64,000 nucleotides of DNA from Lama glama. Taxonomy: Eukaryota. Below, piece after piece: positions 38,101-49,293 of this stretch; within the stretch, counting starts at the first letter, position 1; each line of letters begins with the position of its first letter. Location: positions 14,198,001 to 14,262,000 of the forward strand of contig CM052826.1 in NCBI GenBank assembly GCA_028534125.1. Direction: 5' to 3'. The translations under genes and the position numbers were made by a program. The notes beneath the pieces are model-generated. The model ran no database searches. It was given only the letters and a program-made list of their open reading frames with translations, and had not been told where the DNA came from.

Positions 38101-41100
38101 TAGGTTACTCTCTCTCTGAAGAAAGCCCCATTGATCGCAGTTCTTGAAGCCATGGCCACGTGGCAGTAAGGAAAAACAGGACCTTGGGGTGTTTCTGTTG
38201 TTAGAGGCAGAGCATGAGGACCGGTGTCACCCCATGGGCTACAGTGTGTCCTTTTCCTCCATCTGAACTCATACCTGAGTTAAGCACACTCATGCTTCCA
38301 GGGTCTGCGTGAGCCCCCTTGGCTTTGCTCTGCACAAACCCACCTCAGTGTCTCGGCTGTTTATTTGGATGCTTCCTCTGTGCTTCGAGTCTCCATGTCT
38401 GTAGCTGTTCCAGCCTGGTTGTCCCAGGCGGAGTCCATGGACGTCCCAGTGCAGGATGAGGCCTCACATCCCACCTAGCCCTGTAATCAGTGCCCCCGAC
38501 TGGCCGAGTCCTGGCCTCAGCTTCCCTAGGGCATGGCCTCTATAGTCCAAGCCTCAGTCCATCTCACACATGTCTTGCTTTCCCTGGAGTTGTAACCTGC
38601 TTGGCTGCATTATTACTTTCTCTACCGAGCATTCTCTGTCCTTCATGTCCAACCCCAAGCTCCCCCCGGTTGTCCCATGGCCTGTTGTCACTTTCAAGGG
38701 TCCAGGAGTCCTGCAGGTTCCACCTGGAGCTGCCCCCCTCCCTCAAAGGTCCTTTTGTTCCTGGGTCTGTAATTCTGCCCTGGTGCTGAACAGACGACAG
38801 CTCTTTGGAGTGTCTTTTTGAGGAGAGGGCTTTGGGAGGTTCAGTTGCCAGATCTTCACACCTGGCAGTGACACTGAATTGGCAGTTGGCCAAGTCTGGA
38901 CTTATAGATCGGAAGGAACTTTCCCTCCACTTTGAAGGCCTGGCCCTGGGGAAGTCCCTTGTTGGCTCTGTGCGGATCTGAGTGGTCACAGGACAGCCTG
39001 GCCGGTGCTCTTGGGTGGGCGCGGCAGCCCTTACAGTCTGAAACTCACCTCATCTTCTTCCCGTCCTGGGTGTGGTCATGAAAAGGCCTCACTGTCCTCC
39101 CTCCCGCTTCCTCTGGTTCTGCCCTTGGGGGCTGTGCTCCTACACTGTTCACCATTGTCTTCCCCATTGTTGTTTCTTTTTTTTTTCCTTCTACTTTTGG
39201 GAGATTTCTTCAGCTGCTCCCATCTATCTCTTCTTTTGCAATTATTTCTAGTTCCCAGGGTGCAGCCACCACCTCTATCTGGTTCTAAAGTATTCACCCA
39301 GAAATGAAACCCCGCATTAGCCATCACTCCCCATCCCCCTCTCCTAGCCTCTGGCAATGACTAATCTGCTTCCTGTCTCGATGGATTTGCCCGTTTTGGA
39401 CATTTCACATAAATAGGATCACACACTATGTGGCCTTCTGTTCTGGCTTTTTTCATTCGATACTATGCTTCCAAGTTTCATCCATGTTGTAGCACGTGTC
39501 AGAGCTTCATTCCTTCTCACGGCCGGGTAGTGTTCTGTTGTGTGTGGGTGTACCACATTTTGTTCATTCATTTATCTGTTAGTAGACAATTGGATTGTTT
39601 CCAATCTTTTTGTGATTATGAATAGTGCTGCCACGACCACTTGTGGACGAGGACACGCATATAACCGACACAGGTTTTCTCAGTTCCCTCAAATATATAC
39701 TGAGGAGTGNNNNNNNNNNNNNNNNNNNNNNNNNNNNNNNNNNNNNNNNNNNNNNNNNNNNNNNNNNNNNNNNNNNNNNNNNNNNNNNNNNNNNNNNNNN
39801 NNNNNNNNNNNNNNNNNNNNNNNNNNNNNNNNNNNNNNNNNNNNNNNNNNNNNNNNNNNNNNNNTTTAATTCTGACCATCCCAGCAGGTGTGAACTGGTA
39901 GCTTATTGTGGTTTTGATTTGTGTTTCCTTGGATGAATAATGACATTGAGCATCTTTTCATGCGCTTATTGGCTATTCATTTATCTGTATTGAAGAAGTG
40001 GGTATTTAAGTTCTTTGTCTTTCTGAGACTATTAAGGCTGGTGTTTTTCTTGTGGATTTGAAGTTTTCATCCCCTTATAGAGTCTCTCTTTCCTTTCAAA
40101 TGCATTTTCCTGTCTATTTTGGGGTCTGACACTTGTTGCCTGGAAACCCAGGTGCAGCCTTTTCATGACTTTGCTGTAGGCAGCTCAGCCTGCTCAGGAG
40201 GACCACTGAGGTGTCTGAATACCCCATGGGCCCCTCTGTTTCTTCTTCTCCTGAGGCCACATCTCTGTCCATCTCATTGTCTAGGTGTGGCCTGAGCAGC
40301 CTCCTGGCCATCTGGAGAAGGCCTGGGCTCCTTCACTTCTGAACATACTGTGGGCTCCCTTCCCCGCTGCCCTACAGCAGAGCAGGGCTGGGCGGAGATG
40401 GCCTGGCAGGAACTCCTTCGCTGAGGGCCCTGAGGCTCCTACCCCAGGCCCCTGGGCTCTGCCGCTTGGGACTTGGATTTCTTGGATCCTATAGGTCGGT
40501 CACCACTAGCACTTCTGCTTTCATTGTTAAATGTCATTGCTTCCCCTTTGTCTTTTATGCCTTTTTAGTGGGGGCTTGAAAGAGAGTGGCCTTAAACAGC
40601 TGTCCTTGGCCTTTTGTCTTTAACCGTAAGCTCTGGTTGTTTCCAGTGGCTGGATGGCAGACTTGCCCTGCCTGCCCTCGGCCTCATGGATCAGGCACTT
40701 TTCCTGTGGCTCTTCTTAAATTTCAGGCCACTGTGGAGGGGACAGCAGTAGTAGTCTGGGGTGCGGCTGTTGATCCGGGAGGTGGGCTCTGCTTGTCACT
40801 GGTTAAAACAGCACAGACATAGCCCCAGACCTCATCTCAGCTTCCCTACAGGGCAAGGAGGGCCCTCGGCACCATGCACATCTACCTGGGCTCCTGGGAG
40901 AATCGCAGCCTGGGTGCTGGGAGTGCAAGAAGTGGATCGGAGAGGGCCCCCAAGCCAGGGTGACTGTCCGGGCCTCCGTTTGCCCATCAAGCATTGGGGG
41001 TGTCTCTTCCCTCGTCTCTGGCTACATTGTGCTCAGGTCCCTGTGGGGTGGTGGCCACCCCTGCCATCCTCAAAGAGGTGCCATGGCCTGGGCTCCCAGG

Positions 41101-44100
41101 AAGATGGGTGCTGAATCTGGGAGTTCTTCCTACTGCAGGCCAAGTCATCTAGTCTCTTACGCCTTCTCTGTTTCTGCAGTGAGCATTATTTGGATGAACA
41201 GTTGTTTTTAAGAGTCAGGACTTGCACCCCAGTGCCCCCAGTTCCCCTGGGGACACAGCACGGATCTTGAGTGTCTGCCCAATTTTACGTGGGTCCCTGG
41301 TCTCCATGGTAATGAGAGTCTAGACGAGTGGATGATCATCTGACCCTTCTCTCGGCATAGGACACCCAGTGGGAGAGTACTGGCAGTGAGGCTGAGGCCT
41401 TGGCTGTAGAGTGGCTACAGTGCTCAGACTGCTCTCTGCCTGCCAGGCCCTGGTGTACGCGTCACACTCAGCCTTGCCCTGGTTCAGCAGGGAGCAGGCT
41501 CTCCCCGAATTGCTGGGCCTGAGTGGGACAGCATCGTGTCGATGCAGAGACAGGTGGGCCTCAGTGTGCCCCACGGAGCCCCCCAACCTACCTTCCTTCT
41601 CCTTTGCAGGAAGCTGTGCCAGCCACAGAGCACAGGCAGCCTCCCTGGAGACCTTGCTGCCAGCAGCCCTCCAGGCGAGCATGGGAGCTCAGCCTCACCC
41701 CCTCAGGTAGGAGCGGCAGGTGTGGCTGTGACGGCACAGTGGTGGGGAGGGTGGCGGGTCTCACCCCGAGTCCATAGACCTGACCTGACCTTGATGCTTG
41801 GGGAGCCTGTTGGGCTTCAGCTCAGAGCTGACAAGTTTTCTTGAATGAGTGAGCGGCTGGCTTCCCCTAGGCTGGGATACCTGTGCGTAGTGTGGCCGAG
41901 GGAGGGCTGGCTACTGCAGCACAGAGCCTCGTGCTTTCTCTGTAGGGGGGGCACTCCTGCCTCCCAGGGCTCTTGTAAAGTCAAGTGTATGGCTGTAGCC
42001 GGCTGGTGTCCAGTGGAGCCCCATGAGCGGTAGCCACTGCCATGTTAGTCAGTAGTCGGGAAGGGCATTCAGGGGGTTCTCATTGGTGGGGGCTTGATCT
42101 TCAGCAAACCCTCCCCTCACTGTTTCTTGAGCTTTTTGGTGAAACCTGTCCCCACTTACCTGCGTGCTCTGACTTGTGAGTCCCACGTCTCTGGCCCCTA
42201 CTTAGCCTGCCCTCTCTTCTCTTCTCCTCTGCCCTGGCAGCACCCAGCCCAGGTCCATGGCCCTGAAGCCTTCCTGTGCATGCTGTGGCTGTGGGGACAT
42301 CATGGAGGACAGAAGGCCTCATTTCACTTGTGTCCCCCCTGCTACCCTCGGCCTGGGCCACCTGCTCCAACCTTGCCTCTATTCCTGTGGTCTGGCCTTG
42401 CTTCACAGGCTTCACTCCTCTCATCTGTGAAATGGGGATGAGGCCCACACCATGTAACAGGGTTGCCATGGGGATCCAGGTAGTCAGGGCCCTGGAGGTG
42501 ATGGTCCTGGCCTGTGGAGCTGCCCTGTTTCACTCAGACTTGGCTCTGTCACTGTTTCCCATCGTGTGAGGAAGATGCTGAGCACAGTGATGTTTTAGAC
42601 TAGTTCCCAGAGGTGGCCCTTATGGGCTGGAACCAGGTCCACTGATGACCTGGCCACCCTTCCTCTGTTCTCGTGGCCTTTGGGCCCAGCTGAGCCTCCT
42701 GCAGGCCCGTGTTGCTGAGTGCTGGGCATCCTGGGCCTGGTGGATCTGGCTGGTATTTGTGCGCCCCCGTGTGGTCGCCAAGGGCCTTGCCTGCGGTCGC
42801 TCGGTTTCCTCGGAGCCTGTGGCCTTGCTCAGGATTAGCCTCTAGCTGCCCAGCCTCTCCCCTGGAAACACCAGAAACTCTGGGCACAGGAGCTCCTTTG
42901 AAATGGTCTCTCTTCTTTTTCAGAAACGTCCGCAGCCTCCTGATTTCATCGACCCTCTGGCTAACAAGAAACCCAGGGTATCGCACTTCACCCAGAGACC
43001 TCAGCCTGCAGTCAACGGAAAGCTGAGTGCACCCCACAGCCGTGAGGCCCTGCTGCCCACCCCGGGCCCACTGGCTGGCACGGACGCCCACCTGCCCCTG
43101 CGGCTGGAGCCCCCACGGGCCCACGACCCTCTGGCCGACGTCAGCAACGACCTGGGCCACAGTGGCCGGGACTGTGAGCGTGGGGAAGCAGCCACCTCAG
43201 CCCATACTGCGCGCCTCAGCCTGCCCCTGCTGACGGACTGTGCCCAGCCCAGCAGGCCCCACGGCAGCTCCTTGCACGGCAAGTCCAAGAAGAAGAGCAA
43301 GAAGCACAAAGACAAGGAGAGGGCAGCTGAGGACAGGCACCGGGCCCGGACCCCAGACCATATGCCAGGTCCCCTTGGAGCCCCACCAGTCGCCCCAGGT
43401 AGGTGTTGAGAGGCAGGCCTATGGGCCGGGAACTCTGCCAAAGGGTGTCACTGGGAGCCTAAGTGCTGGCCCTATGTCCACTCTTACTCCACAGAGTGCT
43501 GAGGGGCCACACCATGAGTCCCCACTTTGGCTCATCCTGCACATTAGGCCCCTTTGCACCCAGTGTCCTCACACTGGCTCGTCTGAATGCCCTGGTGTCG
43601 TTGTTCCTGGAGTCTCCTGCAGTCCTGCTGTGTGCCAGGCCAGTTCTCAGGGCCAGGGGCTCAGAGCCTGACAGATGGCTCATGGGAGGGGACAACACCC
43701 AGGGAGAGGAACAAGCTCCAGGCCGCAGCTCTAGCTGCAGGGAGATCTCAGACACTGAGAGGGAGCCGGACAGGGCTGGGACTCAGGGAAGGCGGTGGGG
43801 AACAGGGCCTGGCAGGGAGGAGGGCGGGCAGTCCCTGGATCACCATGGACCTGCTAAGCAAACATTTTAGCCAGTGGAGAAAGGGTTTGGGAGGCGGGAC
43901 CACAAGGAGGCGGGGAGACTGTCCATAGAACAGCAGGCGGTAAGAGCCAGAACAAGGTCTTGTAGCCTGTGGGAAACTTCTGGCAGTTGAGAGACCTGGG
44001 ATCACAGCAGTGAGATGAGGGGTGCAAGGCTGGTGGGGGCCGTGTGCTGAGCAGGGAAATCTCAGGGGGGGGCTAGGGCACTAGGGAGGCGCATGGATGG

Positions 44101-47100
44101 GTGGGGATGGTGGTGGAGGCAGGGTCATTACCCCAGAGCCAGTGCCGCTGAGTTTATAGACACAGGCACCTGAGTTGAGCACCCTTTGTGGCTGCTGTCA
44201 ACCCAGAAAATAATTTATGAGGCTGCAAATAAGAGAATAGTTTATTTGGAGTCTTAAGAATTATGATTTGGGCGACATACAGTCAGGTAGCCCTGAAAGA
44301 GTGTTTCAAGGAAGAGAGTCAGGCTTATAAAGATAAAAAGCCACAAGTTTGTTAAATGTCACCTGGTGAGAATGGTGATTGACTCTGTCACAAGTCGGAA
44401 AATATTCTTTCAGGTTAGGGGTCTGAGAAGTCGGCGGGGTGTCACAAGTTTCTGGAATATCACTTCATCAGGTCAGAAGGTCAAGATTCCATCCAGGCAG
44501 AGACGTACTTAAGTCACATTTCCTTAATGGTCTCCTGGCTCCACTTTAGAGAGTCCTGTTAGGAATACTGATTCCATTTTGATTTTCTGTTCGTGTGATT
44601 TAATCTAATCAACCTGTCAACAGACGTGCAGCCACACCAGCTACGTGGGATTGCGGCTGCAGCTTCAGTCCTGGGGCAGCCTGGGCCATGTCACCTGCTA
44701 CAGCTTTTAGTTGGTTTCTTCAGGAGGGTCCCCAGCAGGGGGCATTCTGGATCAAGGGTGGAGCCACTTTCTCCTTAAGGCTTTTTAGTTTTGTCACTCA
44801 GCTGTCCTCCAGAAAGGCTATGCCAGCCCCTCCTTTTGTGTTCCTGGAACTGTGGGGTTGGTCGGGTGGAGACAGACATTTCTGTTTCTTCAGTCCCCTG
44901 GGTTCCCTCAGCCCTGCTGCACACTAGGCTTCCCAGTGCCTGTGGATGGGCTGACAAGGAGAAGGCTGCCTGGTCCCGTGAGCAAATGCCCCGTCCTCCA
45001 GGTCCCGCCCAGGGAGGTAGGCCCTGAGCATCCGGGCAGCACATTCTATCCCAAACAGCAGAAGATCCCACGTGCTCCAGGCAGGGTTCTGAGAAGGAGG
45101 CCTGTGGGGCTGGGCATCAGATGGGGCCAGGAAGATGCCACCTTGGCCGGCCCCACGCACAGGGCTCGGTTGGCTTCAGATCCTGTCCCGTGTGCATCGG
45201 CCCCAGGCTGAAGTGAGAAAGTAAGGTTTAGGGTCAGGCAGACCAGGAAGTAGATGCCCCAAGAAAAAGGAAAAAGACAACTGAGGCACTGTCAGCCGAG
45301 TCTGGCGCCAGGTGATCCATCTTAACCCATGTCACTTGGGCAGCTCGACTGGCACTGATAACAGGTGGGCGTAGAGCCCCTCCCCACTCCAGGCACCCAC
45401 CTGACCCCATCACTGCCACTGAGGCCCCTTCCTGGGTGGGGGATATGCGCAGGAAGGAGCCACCCACCTCCCTTTAACAGCGACACTGTTCTCTGCGCAC
45501 TCCCCCAGACTCCTGGAGAGGGGTCTAGGTCAGTACCTGAGGAGGCTTCCTAGCCCTGTGTCCTGTGGGGCAGAGGAACAGGCATCAGTTTAACCCACCC
45601 TTCTGCATGGCACTGTCCCCCTAGTCTGGCCCTGCTGTCCCAGCCCTGCCTTATGATCGCCTTGACCTTGACAGATGGAGCAGCCTTCACCTGTCGGGCA
45701 GGTGGCTTTGCTCAGCCTACCCATGGCCCCGACTCGAGCCTCTCAAGGGCCCCCTCTGGCCATCTTCATCCCTCTGTGCTGCAGGCCCACTGCTGGGTTT
45801 TATGCCCACCCTTGTACCTGCCCGCGACTCTTGCCCAGGCCATGGACCCCTCTGATGGCCGAAGGGTGCCTTCCTGGGCAGGCTGGCATGCTGGGTGGGG
45901 GACTTGGGCTCAGCCAGGCCGAGCTCAGGCCCACTGACCCCTGTGTGGAGACAGGCACCCACACTTGGGTCCTGCAGGGTGAACTCTCAGGGTGAACTCT
46001 TGCACCCCCTGCCCTGGGGAGGCACAGGAGAAGCCAGTGGAGGGGGACAAAGTGGGGCAGGAATCAGCTCAGCTGCTGCAGGGATGACAGAGTGATGTGA
46101 TGGCCTCCTGTAGCCAGTGCTGGTACAGGAGCACGTGGGGCTCAGACCCAGGATCAGAGCCTGCAGGGCCTTCGACTCCCATCAGCAGAGAGGCGTGGGC
46201 AGGAGCCAGGGCTTTTCCTGCAGCCACTTGTCTTTGTCATATAGAGCTGGAGACTGGGATGTCCTAGGGACTCGGCCAGGGGTCACTGGTTTTCAGCTTA
46301 GTGACCTTTTCCATGATGTTAGTGGAGGCAGCCAAGGCTCTGGACGGGTCACGCTCTGGACAAGGCTTTGGCCCTGAGATTAACCCATCCTTTTGGGTCC
46401 TTGCTGAAAAAGTGCCCACAGTGCTGTCTGGCCCTCTGCGCTCTACACGGCTGTGCTTTGGAGACACGCATGCCGGCTCACCACCTCTCCCTTGGGCTGA
46501 AGGTACTCCCGGCTCCGGCGGGACCGCCTGAGGTGGCCAGACGGCCCTTGGCAGCGCTCACACCTCCTACTTCCACTGTGTGGCCTCAGCAATCCCTCCC
46601 CATGGCCTGCAGACAGCAGGGCAGGAAACCTGCAAATCTCGCCATGGACTCAAGAGCTGTGTTTGCTCTTTGTAGGTTTAAACGGGACCTGTAGCAGCTC
46701 AAGTGTCCCCACGTCCACCTCGGAGACGCCCGACTACTTGCTGTGAGTACTTCCCTTGCCGCTGCTCTCACCAGAGGCTTCAGCCCCTCCCCACCCCTGC
46801 ACTGCAGGTTAGAGGCACAGCTGACCTGTGTCCCTGTGTGAGTTCCCAACTGCCTGGTCTGTGCCAGGTCAGGGCCGTTTTCCTGGGTGGGGCCGGCCCC
46901 CTGGCCGTGGGTATTTCCAGGGTCTCTGCAGCAGTCCCCCTGAGCCCTGCCAGCCCCTCTCTCCTGTCCCCCCCACCAGAAAATATGCCACCATCTCCTC
47001 CTCGGAGCAGCGCCAGAGCTACAAGAACGACTTCAACGCCGAGTATAGCGAATACCGAGACCTGCACGCCCGCATCGAGCAGATCACGCGGCGCTTCACA

Positions 47101-49156
47101 CAGCTCGACGCCCAGCTCCGGCAGCTCTCCCAGGGCTCTGAGGAGTACGAGGTAGCGGTGGAACCCCTGCTCACGGCCCTCTGCCCCTGCCATCAGATGG
47201 CTCTGCCGGATGCTGGCATCCTTGGACACATTCCGTCGTAGTCCCTGTTTCCCACTCTGTGTGATGGTGGCCTGTCCCTTGGACTCGACCTCCCCAGCAG
47301 TGACGCGGGTCGTGACCGACTCCACAGGGGGGGGTGACCTGTGGGGGCAGGAGTGGTGTTCCAAGCAGCAGAGATGGCCGGGGAACAGTAGGCTGAGGTG
47401 TATGGGTCCACCTCCAAGAGCACCTGGGGTCCTCTCTGCAGCCCGCTAACCTGCATCACAGGAGAATCCTTGGCTCCCAGGAGGAAGAACAGGGCCAGGC
47501 CGCGTCCCCTGGCCCATCAGTGCTGTTACAGCCATAGGGGAATGTGGGAGGGAATGGAGGGTCCCTGTGGTCCCCCCACCCCCAACCCTTTCCTCTGGCC
47601 TTGGGCACATGGGCTCCTCAAGCCATGCCATCCCATGTGGGAGCTCACTGCAGGGGGCTTAGTCACTATCCCTGGGACACCAGCCTCCTCCTTGTACCAC
47701 CCTTCAGAGCTGATTACCTGCCTGCAGGGCCAGCACTGAGTAGTCAGGGTATCAGGGTCTGTCTCCCCTGGTGGAGGCTACTTTGATTTCCAGAGGAGAT
47801 GGCTTGTGATTGGAGGCGTAATGGGTTTTAAAGGGCCTAAGGCAAGCCCCCAGACACTCCCCAGCATTCCCCTGTGCCCTGAGGTGGTCAGGGGGCCTCT
47901 GTGCTTGCCCTTGAACTTTGGACAGGCCAGCTGGGTGGGAGGGAAGGAGGCCATCCTGCCTGCTCTTTGCCTCCTTCCGTGGCTCTGACCAGCCTGTCCC
48001 TCCCACCGTGTGGCCTCGTGCTTGTCCCTGAGGCTGGGCCCTGCCCCTCGCTCCCCGGGTCCAGCTTCCTCCCCCTGCCCTGTTCATCCCCCAGCTGCCC
48101 CTCCCCTGTACTGCCTCACGCCATCACGCCATGCTGAGGCCATTGTCCCTGAGCAGGCACAGGTCACAGGTTATCGGGGAGAAGGGGCCACTCATTTGGG
48201 GTGTCTTGCAGGTAAAGTATTGTTCGCTTTCTCTTTTGTTTTTCTCCAGACTACTCGTGGGCAGATTTTGCAGGAATATAGAAAAATCAAAAAGGTGAGT
48301 CTCCATCTCATTTGGGGGGGGTAGGCTGGGGGTGGTCAGAAGAAGCTGTTTCAAGGTAAGTAACATCAGAGTCTGGGAGAGGAGGGAGAGAGGGAGGAAG
48401 GGCCTAACCCGGCTGGTCTCAGGCCCTCAGAGTAGCCCCTGCCTGTATTTACAGCTGAGGAGCTGGGTTGTCCTGTGAGCTTTGGCACAGCCCCTCACCA
48501 GACACCCCTGCACCCCTCCAGCTCTCCCGTTGCTTGGTGGGTGCAGCCCAGGCCCTTTCCAACTCCCTCAAAGGCTCCAGGGGAGGAACCAAAATTCCCC
48601 ACCCCCAGCCTGGCCCTATCTGAGTCTTTAGCTGCTAGTCTGGGAGGAATGCCCAGCCTCCTGGGCTCAGGCTGTCTCCTTAGGGGCACCGAGCCCCCAA
48701 CCTCAGGCTTCCCTACCATCTCCTGTGATGTGGTTCCAGGACATCAGCTCTTGTTCCTGAAGGCCATGTGGTTGACCACGTGTGCGCTCCTGTGCACTGG
48801 GGCAGTTCCCTGCCAGCCAGGCCCCAGCCCAGCCTGAAGCTTCATGACCTATCTTGCCTCTGGCTCTTACCCTGGCCCTGACCTGCTTCCTCGGGTGGAG
48901 CCCAGGGTCAGAGCAGGGGTCCCTGTCCTGGCATGGAGGGCTCTGGCCTACAAGCAGGGGGAGTGGGAACCTGGGGCAGCCAAGTGGGGCTTGAGTTCAG
49001 TTTGGGCTCTGAGCCGTGTCCACCNNNNNNNNNNNNNNNNNNNNNNNNNNNNNNNNNNNNNNNNNNNNNNNNNNNNNNNNNNNNNNNNNNNNNNNNNNNN
49101 NNNNNNNNNNNNNNNNNNNNNNNNNNNNNNNNNNNNNNNNNNNNNNNNNNNNNNNN
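23055..49156 (+). CDS. ELL: RNA polymerase II elongation factor ELL, spliced CDS span (exons 2-12; exon 1 upstream of the window, exon 12 in an N-gap)
   Basis: Ten GT-AG exons join in consistent phase into [16 protein letters not shown]...[31 protein letters not shown]...[15 protein letters not shown], matching recalled mammalian ELL; synteny with ISYNA1 and SSBP4. Confidence 0.97.
23835..24210 (-). mobile_element. Older MLT2 (MLT2D-like) solo LTR
   Basis: ctccagagacacagaacc...ttggcttatgcaattgtggggg...gctgattggatgaggcccacc...tttacttaaaatcagctg. Confidence 0.75.
29841..29962 (+). CDS. ELL: ELL exon 3 (122 nt, [40 protein letters not shown])
   Basis: ccacacag| ... |gtgagg, phase 0/2. Confidence 0.96.
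30354..30517 (+). CDS. ELL: ELL exon 4 (164 nt, [30 protein letters not shown]...GGRYL)
   Basis: tcttgcag| ... |gtgagg; lies within ORF 30319..30645. Confidence 0.96.
32643..32917 (+). CDS. ELL: ELL exon 5 (275 nt, [10 protein letters not shown]...[26 protein letters not shown]...LLQQ)
   Basis: ttattgcag| ... |gtgcgt; overlaps ORF 32681..32998. Confidence 0.96.
35130..35400 (+). mobile_element. L1ME-type fragment
   Basis: ttctggagagtatttagcaaaacgtatcaagagccataaaaatgttca...tttgacccgctaatcccgcttctggga. Confidence 0.65.
35755..36075 (-). mobile_element. MLT1A-like MaLR LTR, contains an N-gap
   Basis: gacactaatcccatcatgatggccccaccctcatgacctgatcacctcccaaaggccccacttcctaataccgtcac. Confidence 0.8.
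36392..36516 (+). CDS. ELL: ELL exon 6 (125 nt, [41 protein letters not shown])
   Basis: tcttgcag| ... |gtaatg. Confidence 0.96.
36703..36812 (-). mobile_element. tRNA-Ala-derived SINE (camelid Vic-1 type) with 16-bp target-site duplication
   Basis: Minus strand reads ggtgtagctcagtggtagagtgcacgcttagcatgcatgagg...ctgggttcaatccccagtacctcca plus A-rich tail; TSD catgagtcaccatctt (36687-36702) / cacgagtcaccatctt (36813-36828). Confidence 0.88.
39290..40020 (-). mobile_element. L1MB-like 3' end, antisense, contains an N-gap
   Basis: ctaatctgcttcctgtctcgatggatttgcccgttttggacatttcacataaatagg; gcttattgtggttttgatttg...gagcatcttttcatgcgcttattggc. Confidence 0.85.
41610..41706 (+). CDS. ELL: ELL exon 7 (97 nt, [32 protein letters not shown])
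   Basis: cctttgcag| ... |gtagga. Confidence 0.94.
42924..43398 (+). CDS. ELL: ELL exon 8 (475 nt; Pro-rich linker with Lys-rich [14 protein letters not shown])
   Basis: ctttttcag| [22 protein letters not shown]... |gtaggt; ORF 42903..43409. Confidence 0.95.
44196..44622 (-). mobile_element. Probable ERV1-class solo LTR
   Basis: AT-rich 427-bp block with TG...CA ends; on the - strand a TATA-like motif (about 44330) precedes AATAAA (44241-44246); aaaatggaatcag near the 5' end; no clean TSD seen. Confidence 0.6.
46676..46742 (+). CDS. ELL: ELL exon 9 (67 nt, [21 protein letters not shown])
   Basis: ctttgtag| ... |gtgagt. Confidence 0.94.
46980..47151 (+). CDS. ELL: ELL exon 10 (172 nt; occludin/ELL domain, [22 protein letters not shown]...GSEEYE)
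   Basis: ccccaccag| ... |gtagcg. Confidence 0.96.
48250..48294 (+). CDS. ELL: ELL exon 11 (45 nt, [15 protein letters not shown])
   Basis: tttttctccag| ... |gtgagt. Confidence 0.95.
49025..49156 (+). other. ELL: N-gap expected to contain the final ELL coding exon (about 38 codons plus stop)
   Basis: No TNTNY..EKHRCEYLH-like exon is visible elsewhere; the 132-nt gap sits between intron-like and 3'UTR-like sequence and fits the expected size. Confidence 0.8.
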
Positions 49157-49287
49157 GAGGCCACCGGGCAGGAGGTCCCATCGGCCAGCCAGGCCAGCTG
49201 GCCTCACCCGGCTGACTGTTCTGAATGGTGGGGGAGCTGGGGGCGAGGGGGAGCTGAAGATGAGGAAAAAAGAGATTTATTTAAAAA

Positions 49288-49293
49288 AATAAA
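49288..49293 (+). terminator. Proximal candidate polyA signal AATAAA of ELL
   Basis: gatttatttaaaaaAATAAAcatg. Confidence 0.45.
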
